From Squalus acanthias (Eukaryota), in the NCBI GenBank assembly GCA_030390025.1, contig CM059431.1:130388001-130452000 (forward strand): a DNA stretch of 64,000 bases. Direction: 5' to 3'. Position numbers and translations under genes: made by a program. Shown here piece by piece: positions 13,548 to 26,199 of this stretch; positions within the stretch are counted from its first letter, which is position 1, and the number at the start of each line of letters is the position of its first letter. The notes under the pieces are model-generated. The model did not search any database and had not been told where the DNA came from. It was given only the letters and a program-made list of their open reading frames with translations.

Positions 13548-14489
13548 AATGGATTTTAACATGCGGTGATGTCCGCGGTTTGCTGAGACCCACTCTGAAT
13601 GCACACAATTGAATCATTGTTGCCAATTCAATTTATTTATGTTGAGAGTGACCTAATTGAAAAGCTTTTTGCTTTGATTTTTAGCTTGTGAAATGAATAA
13701 CCTGTACTGAAAACATTTTACATTCAGGCTGCAAGCACAATAAAATGTCACTTCCCTGAAGAAACATCATTGGCTGAAGGCCACCAGATGTTCTGTAGGA
13801 AAGCACCATTTAATTATGCTGATGTAGTCCACTGATGAGCATGAAAGCCAACCTAAACCTGTCTTATATAACACCAGTAATAACCATATGTGAATATGGT
13901 TGCTGTGAAGTCATCATGCAAATGAAAAATAGTTCCTGAAGGGCAAGTGAAGGTGTTGTACGTCAGTATACAGCTCTACTGTCCGCAATCTCAGCCAAAT
14001 CATTATTTAAAAACATTGAGCATTGCTATGTCGCTCTTCAAAGAGCTAAGTTAAAATCAGAGTGGAACCCTCCATAGGCTACTCTTGCCAGCTTCCTAAC
14101 TAGCAGCTCAGAGTGACACTGGTGAAAGTTTGGATCTTCTGTCCATCTGCTGTTAATCTGGGACCAACAGGAAAAAAAGAGGGTAAATTAACTTTTAAGG
14201 AAGGACAGTGGCGTTCCAACCCACAGTAAAGATAACATCTTGTAAAAATGTTCCAGTTGGAAATATACATTGCCATGAATAATAGTGTTTAAACTTTGTC
14301 TTACTAGAGAGGTTCTTTGATCTAGACGCTTGCTTCAGATTTGGTTTCAGAGGATTAAAATTTCAGCCCCCCCCACCCCCCCCCGGCAGATTTCAGTTAC
14401 TTTATTAGAGGGGAAAAGGTAGGGCATCCAAAGCTAGAACTGCCTGGATTACTAAAGATATAGAAATTAAAATGAAACTTATATAACAC

Positions 14490-14640
14490 AATAGCAAAAT
14501 ACTGCGGATGCTGAAAATCTAAAATAACAACGGAAAATGCTGGAAACACTCAGCAGGTCAGGCAGCATCGTGGAGAGAGAAACAGAGTTAACCTTTCAGG
14601 TCGATGACCCTTCCTGTTCTGTTTTTTCTGTTGTTATTTT
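14490..14640 (-). mobile_element. Penelope-like element terminal repeat fragment
   Basis: GCAAAATACTGCGGATGCTG..GAAAATGCTGGAAACACTCAGCAGGTCAGGCAGCATC..GAGAGAGAAACAGAGTTAAC; same repeat as 42820-42916 and 58964-59223. Confidence 0.7.
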
Positions 14641-14664
14641 TGAAACTTATATAAGCTTAAATGA

Positions 14665-15272
14665 AGCTTATGATAAATGCCAGGCTCATAATACAGTAGA
14701 GAATCAAGCTGAAAACAGAAAGTACAGAGGAAAACTGAAAAAGGAAATAAGAGGGGCAAAGAGAGTATGAGAATAGATCAGCGGGTAACATAAAAGGGAA
14801 CCCAAAAGTCTTTTATAAACATATAAATAGTAAAAGAGAAGGGTGGAGTCGATTGGAGACCAAAAAGGAGATCTTTCTGTGGAGGCAGAGGGCATGGCTG
14901 AGGTACTAAATGAGTACTTTGCATCTGTCTTCACTAAAGAAGAGGATGCTGCCAATGTCACAGTAAAGGAGGAAGTAGTAGAGAATTTAGATAGGATAAA
15001 AATAGATAAAGAGGAGGTACAAAATAAATAAAAGGTTGGCAGCACTCAAAGTAGAAAAGTCACCGGATGGGATGCATCCTAGGTTGCTGAGGGAAGTAAG
15101 GGTGGTGATAGCAGAGGCTCTGGCCATAATCCTCCAATCTAGGAGCCTTGTCAGAGGACGGGGGGGATTGCGAATGTTACAAAAAAGGGAGAGGGATAAA
15201 CCTGCCGACTACAGGCCAGTCAGACTAATGTCAGTGGTGGGGAAACTTTTAGAGACAATAATCAGAGACAAA
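14665..15272 (+). mobile_element. CR1 LINE ORF2 middle fragment (tether and start of RT)
   Basis: LKKEIRGAKR, MAEVLNEYFASVFTKE, PDGMHPRLLREV, DYRPVRLMSVVGKLLETIIRD, with frameshifts. Confidence 0.85.
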
Positions 15273-15276
15273 GGAA

Positions 15277-15725
15277 AAAGAAAGAAAGACTTGCACTTAC
15301 ATAGCGCCTGTCACGACCACCGGATGTCTTAAAGTGCTTTAGAGCCAATGAAGTACAGCCACTGTTGTAATGTGGGAAATGCGGCAGCCAATTTGCGCAC
15401 AGCAAGGTCCCACAAACAGCAATGTGATAATGACCAGATAATCTGTTTTAGTTATGTTGGTTGAGGGATAAATATTGGTCAGGACACCAGGGATAACTCC
15501 CCTGCTCTTCTTCGAAATAGTGCCATAGGATCTTTTACATCCACCTGAGAGAGTAGACAGGGCCTCGGTTTAACGTCTCATCTGAAAGACGGCGCCTACC
15601 GACAGTGCAGCACTCCCCTGGAGTGTTAGCCTAGATTTTTGTGCTCAAGTCTCTGGAGTGGGAGTTGAACCCACAACCTTCTGATTCAGAGGCAAGTGTG
15701 CTACCAACTGAGCCACGGCTAACAC
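15277..15725 (-). mobile_element. DeuSINE (SacSINE1-like), full length
   Basis: tRNA-like head (rc GTGGCTCAGTTGG..GGTTCAACTCC), Deu domain, (TTTC)n tail. Confidence 0.88.
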
Positions 15726-16103
15726 TCAAAAACATGGTATGTAATGAGTTGGAGGTAGGTTGGAAGCATAAAACAATTCTGGGGGAAGTTCATGTCATTT
15801 GGTAGCGTTGAGAGAATGGGGGAAGTGGAGTGTGGGAGGTGCAGAGGGTATTAACGTGTAAGAGAGGAGAGGGTCCTTGAGTCTCTTATTGGTGGGAAGG
15901 GGGTTCTGTGCTCTGGGAATCCTGAGAATGGTCTGTTCTGAGTGTGGAATGATGTGATCGAAGTGCAGGGGTGCAGCACTGTGGTTGGGTAATTTTGGGC
16001 TGTGGGAACGTTGGAAGAGGGTGTTGCTGGATGTGCTAATACTGGGAGGAAGATCTTAGAAGGTGGGAACAGTAGGAAGTGCTTTGCAGAGCTGAGAGCA
16101 ATG

Positions 16104-16491
16104 AAAGAAAGAAGAAAGAAAGACTTGCATTTATATAGCTTCACAACCACCGGACGTCCCAAAGCGCTTTACAACCAATTAAGTACTTTTTGAAATGTAT
16201 TCACTGTTGTAATGTGGGAAACGCGGCAGCCAGTTTGCGCACAGCAAGCTCCCACAAACCGCCACGTGATATTGACCAGATAATCTGCTTTAGTGATGTT
16301 GGTTGAGAAATATTGGCCAGGACACCGGGAATAACTTCCCTGCTCTTCTTCGAAATATTGCCGTGGGATCTTTTACGTCCAGAGGTCAGACAGGGCCTCA
16401 GTTTAACGTCTCATCCGAAAGTCGGCACCTCTGACAGTGCAGGACTCCCTCAGTTCTGCACTGGAGTGTCAAGACCTGGCGTGGGACTTGA
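16104..16491 (-). mobile_element. DeuSINE (SacSINE1-like), head interrupted by another copy; remainder at 16951-16985
   Basis: Antisense Deu domain and tail; head breaks at GTGGGACTTGA and resumes at CACAACCTTC..GACTCAG after the inserted copy. Confidence 0.85.
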
Positions 16492-16951
16492 GTGTAAGCT
16501 GTGGCTCAGTGGGTAGCACACTTGCCTCTAAATCAGAAGGTTGTGGGTTCAAGTCCCACTCCAGGGACTTGAGTACATAAAGCTAGGCTGACACTCCAGT
16601 GCAATGCTGAGGGAGTGCTGCACAATCAGAGGTGCTGTCTTTCCGATGAGACATTAAACCGAGGCCCCGTCTGCTCTCTCAGGTGGACGAGAAAGATCCC
16701 ATGGCACTATTTCAAAGAAGAGCAGGGGAATTATCCCCGGTGTCTTGGCCAATATTTATCCGTCAACCACCATAACAAAAACAGATTATCTGGTCATTAT
16801 CACATTGCTGTTTGTGGGAGCTTGCTGTGCGCAAACTGCCACGTTTCCCACATTACAATAGTGACTCCACTTCAAATAGTACTTCATTGGCTGTAAAGCA
16901 CTTTGAGACGTCTGATGGTCGTGAAAGGCGCTATATAAATGCAAGTCTTTC
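16492..16951 (+). mobile_element. DeuSINE (SacSINE1-like), full length
   Basis: A box TGGCTCAGTGGG, B box GGTTCAAGTCC, Deu core GATGAGACATTAAACCGAGG..AAAGATCCCATGGCACT..CCCCGGTGTC, tail GGCGCTATATAAATGCAAGTCTTT. Confidence 0.9.
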
Positions 16952-16985
16952 ACAACCTTCATGACTCAGGCGAGGGTGGCACCAT

Positions 16986-17103
16986 TTCTTTTTAATTCGT
17001 TTTTTTATGGGATGTGGGCGTTGCTGGCAAGGGCAACATTTATTGCCCATCCCTAATTGCCCTTGAGAAGGTGGTGGTGAGCCGCCTTCTTGAACCGCTG
17101 CAG
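16986..17103 (-). mobile_element. 3' end of a CR1/L2-group LINE
   Basis: rc encodes LQRFKKAAHHHLLKGN* followed by GGATGGGCAATAAATG..CCCACATCCCAT and an A-rich tail. Confidence 0.7.
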
Positions 17104-17719
17104 TTACCTACAATGGAAGGTAAAAGGTGGCGTTCAAAGCAGCAAATGAAGTGCTGGGTTGTGAGACATTGGTAGCAGGGTTTCTGGCTCTGGGAACAAT
17201 GAGGGCGGATGGACAGGTTCAAGGGTCTGAGAGAATTGGGGAGAGGGGTTGATAGCTGTGCATGGAACAATGGGGTTGGACTAGGATGTGGTAGCATTGG
17301 AAGAGGACAGTGTAGGAGAATAAATGTGTATTCTCTATTTGAATTCCCTACCCCTAGAAGTATTACCGTAGTGGTATCCCAGCAATGAGCTGGGAACCAT
17401 GTACTGTACTTGCTTAAAGCATTTAGTCTGCTTATATAGTATTTGCAAACTGTATGCTAGCTTGCTTTAGACAACTAAGACTCAGTTCCTGACTTAGTGC
17501 CAGGAAAGCCTTTTGTGGGCACCCCTTCCCCCATCGTTCCCATTAAAGCCCAATTGCCTAGTTCCTGCTCATGACCTGGTAACTGACTTTTATCATTTTT
17601 ACTATCTTAGTAAAGGACAGTGACTGCTTTAAATAACTTAATGCTCATGTCATGAATGTAAATGCGGCAATAGGTGTTTTTTTATGTTTCCACACAACAG
17701 TTTATAATTCCTATGTTCC

Positions 17720-18330
17720 TATGTATTGGAAGGCCTGTTAGGCAATTTCTGCACTTTAGCTCAAATTGTGGAGGAGTCTGCTACGTCCAGCCTGTGTAGT
17801 GTCATCTTGCATGGCAATAGCACAATGCACTCTACCCTAGAGAGTGCAGTAACCTCCAGGGACTCTGCAGTCGGGTTCCCACACAGGAGATCACCTGCCT
17901 TTTCAGCTTTGGTGGAGCGAATAGATAGGGGCTTTAAAGTAGTCACTTGTCTGCACTCTTTTCTCCCGCAGATTTGTGTAAGCGATGAGCCCCAGCCCCA
18001 TGGCAGTGACAGTGACGCGATGGGTGCGGCATGTGTTGCCATCTCTCAGGATGTCAGCAGTCTGCTTCTTCACCATCCCCTCAACCAATACCCACCATAG
18101 TGCCAGCAAGTCAGCTGGGCCAGACTGCCCCGGCAGCAGCCGAGGTGCAGCAGTCTGCAGCCGGGCTTCCATGGGCTTGAGCACCCAGAAGCCACTGGCC
18201 AGGAGCATCTAAAAGGTTCCAAAGTGAGGAACACCAGCTGTGTTGAGGTCACGAGGGGAGCACTTCGTAGGATAAAGGAGTTTGTAAACCTTTTAACTAA
18301 AGCACTATGGGTTCATTACTTGGGAGTGAA
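17720..18330 (+). pseudogene. Harbinger Myb-like partner gene, 3' part, decayed
   Basis: LAQIVEESATS and SAGPDCPGSSRGAAVCSRA resemble the last exon at 51620-52639; convergent with the transposase relic at 19256-19610. Confidence 0.5.
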
Positions 18331-18647
18331 ACGAATGAAAGGCAATTATAATCATTGTCATTAAATTAATCACCTTTATCACATTTGACACTTTGGTCTA
18401 AACTGTGCTTTAATAGCAGTTTCTGAGTTTGCATTGTCAGAATGGTATTGATATAGAAGTTGTCTGAAATGTTTGAATGTTTATTAATGCAGAATGAAGG
18501 GAGTGGTGAAGGACGTAACAAGAACTGTTAATGCATTTTTGAGGACAGAAAATTGAGCAGGCCACTGGAGTCACTAAGGAATTAATTTATCATCCACATC
18601 ACTTATTGCAAGACGTTAAAGTGGCCCTCTAGTGTGGAAATTCATCT

Positions 18648-19226
18648 GGGCCCGTCTTTGGACCCGGACTCAGCGCCCGAACTGGGAGGCCCGATGTCTG
18701 CTCAAAATTGGGCCTTATATAAATAATGTGCCTGTCACACCACCACAGGCAACTCTCACATTTCAGACAACTAATTTTGGACCGCTTTCCTCGCTGGCAA
18801 CAGCCATCAGGTAAATGGCAAGGAGGGTAGAGGGCAGCGATCGGGGAGGTGCAGTGGGGAGGGGGGTTGATTCCAGTCAGCAGCAACCATCAGGAGGGCT
18901 GTGGAGGCAGGAGGAGCACTCCTGCTCCTGCTGACTCCACCTCAAATTAAAAAAAATGTTTTACTTAACTTTTTGGTGGAGGGCACTGGCTTGGCCGCAT
19001 CCACTTCTAGAAGTTCTGTGCAGAACAGGCCCGATGCCTTCTCTGCTTAGAATACCCAATTTCCCTGAGGGGTCCTAAAACAGGCGTTAGGACCCTCATT
19101 AGCATGTGCAAGGGGCCGAACGCCTGTTTTAGGCAGATGTCTGAAAAATGGCACAAGCCAATTTCGGGTTGGATGTTTTTATGGCATCCTTGGAGCAAAG
19201 GACATTAGTGCTCAAACTAGGGCCTC
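18648..19226. mobile_element. Probable MITE between the two Harbinger gene relics
   Basis: GC-rich block with imperfect ends GGGCCCGTCTTTG and rc AGGCCCTAGTTTG; no clear TSD. Confidence 0.4.
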
Positions 19227-19255
19227 ATCATAAAATGGATGCAACAAGTTCCAAT

Positions 19256-19610
19256 TTACACCGCTTCTTTTTCTTCATCTTCCTCACCTTCCTCCTGATC
19301 TTTCACGTCCGATGAGAACTGCTGCTGTTGCTGTGCCTCCTCCAAATGCAGGCCTATCTGTAGTGCGAGGCTGTGCAGTGTGCAGCACACCATGACAATG
19401 TGGGAGATTCTTTCGAGGGAAGATTGAAAGTCGCCCCCAGACCTGTCTAAACACCTGAATTGCTGCTTCAGCATCCCAATGGTGTGCACAATAATGATCC
19501 TAGTGATCCTCTGCTTATATGGATCAGGCATGCTGGGGTTGCGGAGGAGGGTCATGAGCCATGTCTGTCGGGTGTATCCCTTGTCAACCAGCACCCATCA
19601 TGCCACATTC
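19256..19610 (-). pseudogene. Harbinger (HARBI1-like) transposase C-terminal relic
   Basis: [42 protein letters not shown] plus an acidic tail. Confidence 0.8.
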
Positions 19611-19756
19611 TTGGAAGGATAGAATATTGGGGGGATGGTAGAGTTTTGAAGGATTAATGCCACCCAAGATACTGAAGGTAATATAAAACAGTTTACAGAA
19701 TACAATAGCTCGGATTTTGCAGTCAGCACCGAATGAACGGCACCATTACCTTTTTA

Positions 19757-20157
19757 GGGCAACACGGTGGCATAGTGGTTAGCGCCAGGGACCCGGGTTC
19801 GAATCTGACCTCGGGTGACTGTCTGTGTGGAGTTTGCACATTCTCCCCGTGTCTGCGTGGGTGCTCCGGTTTCCTCCCACAGTCCAAAAATGTGCGGGTT
19901 AGGTTGATTTGGCTATGATAAATTGACCCTTAGTGTTAGGGGGGGATTAAATATGTGGGGTTATAGGGATAGGATAGGATATGTTAGGGGGAATTAAATA
20001 CGTGGGGTTACGGGGGTAGGGTGGGATATGTGTACTGTGGGGATTAAAGCAGGGACAGGGTATTGGACTTGGATGATCAGCCATGATCGTATTGAATGGT
20101 GGAGCAGGCTCGACGGGCCGAATGGCCTACTCCTGCTCCTAGATTCTATGTTTCTAT
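19757..20157 (+). mobile_element. HE1-type V-SINE with CR1-derived tail
   Basis: A box GGTGGCATAGTGG, B box GGTTCGAATC, V domain TGTGTGGAGTTTGCACATTCTCCCCGTGTCTGCGTGG..GCTCCGGTTTCCTCCCACAGTCCAAA; tail matches the CR1 3'UTR at 21500-21580. Confidence 0.88.
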
Positions 20158-20805
20158 ATTACACTTACCCATAGACTTTCTATGGGCTTTTGCAGTGGAA
20201 CTTTTGCATCATGAACTTTTGGTGATTAGCAATCCAAACCAGCGCAGTGCCCTCTACAGGGGATGTGGGACCTGTGTGAACAGGGAAAGCATTGATGTAT
20301 CTCCTTAATCAATGAGATTGAAGAATCCTTACTGCGTCTCGCAGAGACCGAACCAGGAAGTGTCAATTAGAATAGTTAATTCAACATCAAATCATGTACA
20401 GAAAGTGAAATAGAGAGGGAAAGAAAGAAGGAATTAAGAGAGAGCGATAAAGAAGACAGAAAGAAAAAGTTTTTAAAAATTACATTTTTTTAAATCTCTA
20501 ACGTTAAAATCTGAAGAAATGAGACTCCACGCTTGTAAAAGTTACCTTTCAGTGTAAGAGAGATTGTTTGCAGTAATTAAGACTTAGCATGCCATTAAAA
20601 TTTTACTTACAGTTGAATGGACAAGCCCAAACTTTTTCTAGCGTGTTTAGTGGGTATCTATCACATAAGTACAGCAACTTCACGCCCTTCCATGTATTGA
20701 ATGCCGAGTCTGTTGGCAAGCTAATGTTATAATGAAGCTTCTGGAGGAGCAGGGCAACTCAAACAGCAACTTGCTGATATCTGCGTTTAATTGTGCATGA
20801 AACTG

Positions 20806-21583
20806 CACAGAAAGGCAGAGTATTTCCTAAATGGTGAAAGATTGGGGAATGCAGATGCTCAAAGGGACCTGGGTGTCCTTGTACATGAGTCACTGAAAGT
20901 GAATGTACAGGTGCCGCAAGCCATTAGGAAGGCAAATGGTATGCTGGCCTTCATTACAAGAGGATTTGAGTACAGGAGTAAAGAAGTCTTACTCCAATTA
21001 TATAGGGCCTTGGTGAGACCACACCTGGAGTACTGTGTACAATTTTGGTCTCCTTACCTAAGGAAGGATATACTTGCCATAGAGGGAGTGCAACGAAGGT
21101 TCACGAGATTGATTCCTGGGATGGCGGGACTGTCGTATGAGAAGAGATTGAGTAAACTAGGCCTGTATTCTCTTGAATTCAGAAGAATGAGAGGGGATCT
21201 CATTGAAGCATACAAAATTATTACAGGGCTTGATAGGGTGGATGCTGGGAGAATGTTTCCCTTGGCTGGGGAGTCTAGAACCAGGGGCCACAGCCTCAGG
21301 ATAAAGGGTAGGCCATTCAGGACTGAGATGAGAAAAAATTTCTTCACACAGAGGGTGGTGAATCTTTGGAATTCTCTACCCCAGAGGGCTGTGGAGGCTC
21401 AGTCATTGGGTATATTCAAAACAGAAGTTGATAGATTTCTGACTAGTAAGGGCATCAAGGGATCTGGCGATAGGGCCGGTGAATGGAGTTGAGGCAGAAG
21501 ATCAGCCATGATCTAATTGAATGGCGGAGCAGGCTCGAAGGGCCGAATGGCCTACTCCTGCTCCTATTTCTTATGTTCTTATG
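20806..21583 (+). mobile_element. CR1 LINE, 5'-truncated, with an open ORF2 C-terminus
   Basis: ORF 20791..21492 (LYRALVRPHLEYCVQFWSP..TRGHSL..FFTQRVVNLWNSLP), 3'UTR and TTCTTATG tail. Confidence 0.92.
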
Positions 21584-24192
21584 TGTGGTTGCCGGAAGTT
21601 GCTGTCCGATTTACGCTTTAATAACAGTGAGCGACTGTTATTTTTAACCACAAAATGCGGGCCATTAAGTCATCAAACTAACGTCCTAAAGAATGTACGG
21701 TTAGTGGCTTTAAAAAAAATTATATCGTAGAGAAGATATTGTTAGTTCACTTTACAGATTTCTCTCTTATGAAATGTTAATATATCCCTTAAACAGCAAC
21801 AGAACTTCTTTCAGCATGGGTATCACCGTGAAACTGTCAAAACAAACCCTTATAAGCCTATACTAATATAACAGTGCACACAGTTATTTAATGTTAATCA
21901 ACACGGTCTTTTTGTAGTTTTCTTTATCCCGTTAACTTCCAAACCTATGACTTTGCAACCTGAATTCCTTGCCCCCTCCATCACATTCCACAACATTGTA
22001 TTAAACATATCCTAAAGAGAAATAAGACCCTTTTCAAATGGACTACACTTGTCCAGGCATCAGATTTCCTTTTTAGATGGAGTAATATTGCTGCTACAAT
22101 GAGTTTAGGTGATTGCAGGCACTCTGTAGTGTGGAGACACCAGAAGAAACAGCAAAGCTGTTTCAGACGGATGATTTTCTTACAAAACAATGAAAGAGTT
22201 TGCATTCTTACTTATGGTCTACATTGGCCCCACTCTTGTTTGCTGCCAGGTGTCTCTGGCAGCTCTGGCACTCACCGTGAGTTGTGCAATCCGCTTCAGG
22301 GTCCTAATAGCATCATAGGATCCCAACTTTTACATATTAATGAGGCCGATACGAGCCTGCTGCAAGCAACTCCGACACTTCCCAAAACCCGGGAGTTAAA
22401 ATGTCGGCAGGTGGTGGCATGGTGAGAATGGAGTGGTAAGTACTTTTCCACTATTTTACCCCACCTGCCCCATTGTCATCGGGCACGGGAGTTTAAAATC
22501 GGGCCTAAAGTGTCCACCACTCGGAATTGGTTATATCTGGTATTACAAAGTGGGTTCTTCGTACTAGTTTAGTTGAAATACCTAATGTGAATTTCCTGTA
22601 GATCTAAGTTGCTCATCAAAAGTCAGGACATGCATTAAGCAGATGACTTAATATCTCCTGGACTGACTCAAGGTAGACCTTAGTAGGGAATTATGGTCTC
22701 TCACTGAGGTGGAAAGTATTAACAGGGTATTAACAGCATGCTTTTCCCTACCCTGCTCTCATTATCTTCTTCACTGGAGATTCATCGTTAGCCTAACAAG
22801 CCAGTGTTTATACTGGATGCCAAATGGTTGACTCCCATGGAAAGTGTTTTAGAAAATGAGAGATAATCTGATTCCTCGGCAGGAGGGCTTATAAATTCTA
22901 TTTTCTTGGGCTCTACTCAGGATTTATTCTGAAAACATCATTATGCACTGCATTCAAACTGAGTGTGGAGATGTAGCAGAGATAGTGGTGTCAGATTCTA
23001 AACAGCAACCGTGCATACAAATCTGTTTACTCTCAGTAATGCTCTCAAAAAGGTCTTTCATATAAAAAAAAACACACAGGAAGGCCAACAAATAAAGCCC
23101 TGAGGAATACAAATCTATAAGAGTTCATAGCTGAAAGGTTCTCATTGATTGGAACCTGCTGCTAGTACAATAATTTGCAAACCCAGCATAGATTGTACCA
23201 GTAAGTCTACATTTCCTGACTGTACACAATAAAATGTTATGATCTGGAAAAAGTCCCTGTCACCAAAGTCTTTTTTCTTTCTTGTGTGTCTTCATATCAG
23301 ATGCTGATGTTTACAGCAATGTAATTTGTGAAAGTAGCAAAAGAGCAGAATAATTTGGAATTTGTAAAATTCAGTTGATGGAGTAAGCTCTTTAATGCAT
23401 CTCCCTTGCACTGCGAGATGTGATGAATTGTCCTGATTTTGTTTTTCTGAGCCTCACAGAATGGATACTGTTTCACCAGCCTTCTGAAAATTTCAACCAT
23501 ATCTGATTTGAAAGCATTGCAAATGATATCCATAGTTTAGTGATTGAAAGTGTGCTCTTGTGTTGTAACTCTGTAGTTTCTCTTCTAAATGAAACAAGCA
23601 AATTATTGTCCAGACCCTGTCTGTTCAATCTTTTTCTTGTTGGCTTTTCGCTCCCTAACATTGCTAGGACGGCTTTTGTAATCAGCTCTCCAAGCAGCTA
23701 AGCCAGTTCAGTATGCATTTGGTATCGCACCACAACTGAATCCTTTGCTGGAAAATGCTAAAGAAATTCTCCAGGGAACTGCGAAGAAATCCAAAATCAG
23801 AACCTTTCTGACACCTTTGAGGATTTTTATAATGAAAGTTACATTTATTGTTCAAGTTCTGATTGAAATTGAAACTTTCACTGTCTTCCTGCTTCACCAT
23901 TTTCACATCCTCCAAAGTTTCAGTGCTTAGAGGTATTATGGCACAGTGTAATGCATCACTGTTGCAATGTGGCAATATCACTGATTCTTCCCTTCAACCT
24001 CTGTACGTATAAAGCAGCACAACTACAATTATGTCATCTGCCCGTTGATATTGTAAATTGATAATTATTTGAGTGATTTTGACAGGTTTTCTTTTGTAAA
24101 ATATATGCTGAAAAACAGTTTTATTCATGGAATGGTTGCATGTTTTGTTATCTTTTTCCCTAATTTTGTCCTGTCTTTTCCTGAATGTCATG

Positions 24193-24447
24193 ACCCATAC
24201 TGGGGGTACAATTCCATGTTCTCAAAGTACCGTCCCTAAATGACCATTCTTCCTGTACGAGCCGAGACAGTAAGTATCAGCAGGCTATTTTAGGAGCTAT
24301 CACAGTAAAGTCCGATCCTGCCCTCCTCCTGTGTCTGCAGATGTGCACTTTCCAGCAGGAGTCACTGCAAAGCAATCAGGAGCGGAAATCTTTGTGGATT
24401 TCGCTCATCTCTGTAGTCTAAGGACACTGAGGCCAATTGCAGTACCA
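24193..24447 (-). mobile_element. SINE body fragment, AmnSINE2-like
   Basis: rc contains CAATTGGCCTCAGTGTCC..CCGCTCCTGATTGCT..CAGTGACTCCTGCTGGAAAGTGC, which I recall from the AmnSINE2 body; head absent. Confidence 0.5.
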
Positions 24448-24455
24448 ATTTCATT

Positions 24456-25208
24456 GGGCTGTATATTCCGATCCCTACGGGTGTGTACGCGCTGTGTACA
24501 CACTCGTAGGGACATCGGAAATGCCGGTTTCAGGCATGCAAAGCGCATGTGCTGAAAACCGGCATTTCCGATCTGTCAAGAATGCTCTTGACAGATCGGA
24601 CGCCTGCCCTGGAGAAGGGCCTCTGCGGGCAGATAGTTCCACTTTCTGGAGAACCTCCGCCCGCAGAAAACCCTTAGAAATCTTATGCCTGGTAAAAGCA
24701 GGAGTAAGGCCTGCTTTTACCAGCATAAGAGTTTAAAAAAGTTAAAAATAAATGTTTTCACTCATTTATCATTTAAAAATACTTTAAAAAAGAAAAGTTT
24801 ATTTTTAGCCCCGTAAAAAAAGTTTTAATTTTTTTTCAAAAATTTAATTATTGTTTAAAATATTTAATTTATTGTAATTTCAACTCATTTTAAAAATGTG
24901 ATTAAAAAAAATTATTTAATGTTTTACAGTGTTTTTGGGGTGATCTCCATTCATATATTTGACAGGTCTATCTGTCAAGTGTATGAAGGGAGATTCCCTT
25001 CTCCTATTGGCTCCCCGTGGCCCACGTGATCCCAGGGACACTTGCGAACCGCATGCGCCTCTGGGATACCTGGGCCCTGCGCATTTCGAGTTGGAGAGGC
25101 CCAGGAGCGGAAGTGTCCGGGCCTCGGGAGCCCTCAGGTAAGTCCGTAGATTTTTTCCAGATCGGAGGCCTCCGCACGCAGGAAGCCTCCGATCGGAAAA
25201 TACAGGTC
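24456..25208. mobile_element. Harbinger-type MITE (753 bp)
   Basis: 18-bp TIRs GGGCTGTATATTCCGATC and rc GACCTGTATTTTCCGATC; TSD ATT/ATT; GC-rich arms around an AT-rich core. Confidence 0.85.
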
Positions 25209-26199
25209 ATTATAACTTTAATATTACACGTGATTATTTTGCATAAAATTTTATTGTTATCTGCAAAGTTTACATGTCTGGATAAGTCGGCCATATAAAG
25301 TGCCACATTACACTCACTTGAATATTCCCATGAGTTGTGGTGTGTAAAGCATCACACTAATGTAACGCAGCACTGATCCACTGATGGGGAGCACTTGGTT
25401 CAGTACCACATATAGAAAATGGTGGGAGGTCATCAAAATTACATGATTGTAATCAGAACTTCAAGTAAAACTAATTTTCATACAAAATATCAATCCTTAT
25501 TTAAGCACATAAGAAGCACATTTCAACATTGTGACGGAAGAAGATGGGCTATTCAAGTCACATGGTGCTTCATCTTGCCCCATATTCTCACTGAAGAGAT
25601 TTCTGAAACATGACAACTCTGCCTCTTAATTCAATTTGAAAATGAAGAATAAAGTCCAGGATATCTTTATGTACATAAGTTGGTACTGTATTTCCTACTG
25701 GACATCTGTTAGAATCTATTACTTTTAGTAGAACATGATTGAGCTGTGTGGAGGATGGACAGATTACTTTCAAAATCTCTTTTTTTGAAGTACGTCTCCT
25801 GTGGCATTGCTCAATGATTTGTATGGAATGGGCTTTTTACTGTGCTACTGACGATGATCAGAACTCAGCCCTGCAAGAGAACGCAATGTCAGGGTCGAGG
25901 CAGTGCTGTGGTGGCTGTGTCTCTTTTTCAAGTGGGAGGCTGCGACCAAGGTTTAGTCAGGTGGGAAATTGACATTGTGACTGTATAATGTATTTTCTAG
26001 GATGTGATTGGCTATTTAGTGAATTTGGTCTTTTTTGTTGAACATTTTTGATAGAAGGTGATTGGTTACTTTTGTGATATGTGATTGGTAAGACAGCCAA
26101 TTAGAAAGCTGAAAACTGTAGAAATTGCAGTCATTTAACTAACCAGATAGAAGAAAAGTACGCAACTATAGACAGGAAAAATAATATAAAGCTGTATTT

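Larger units (their letters stand above)
19707..21663. mobile_element. Harbinger-type MITE hosting an HE1 SINE and a CR1 insertion
   Basis: TIRs AGCTCGGATTTTGCAGT and rc GGCCCGCATTTTGTGGT; flanks AAT/ATT; internal purine-rich block shared with 26449-27186. Confidence 0.72.

Noticed and set aside
16492..16570. tRNA genes (also near 19757 and 37759)
   Set aside because: A/B boxes run directly into SINE bodies; these are SINE heads
20791..21492. 233-aa ORF as a functional gene
   Set aside because: C-terminal part of a 5'-truncated CR1 ORF2 lacking the RT core; its start codon comes from flanking MITE sequence
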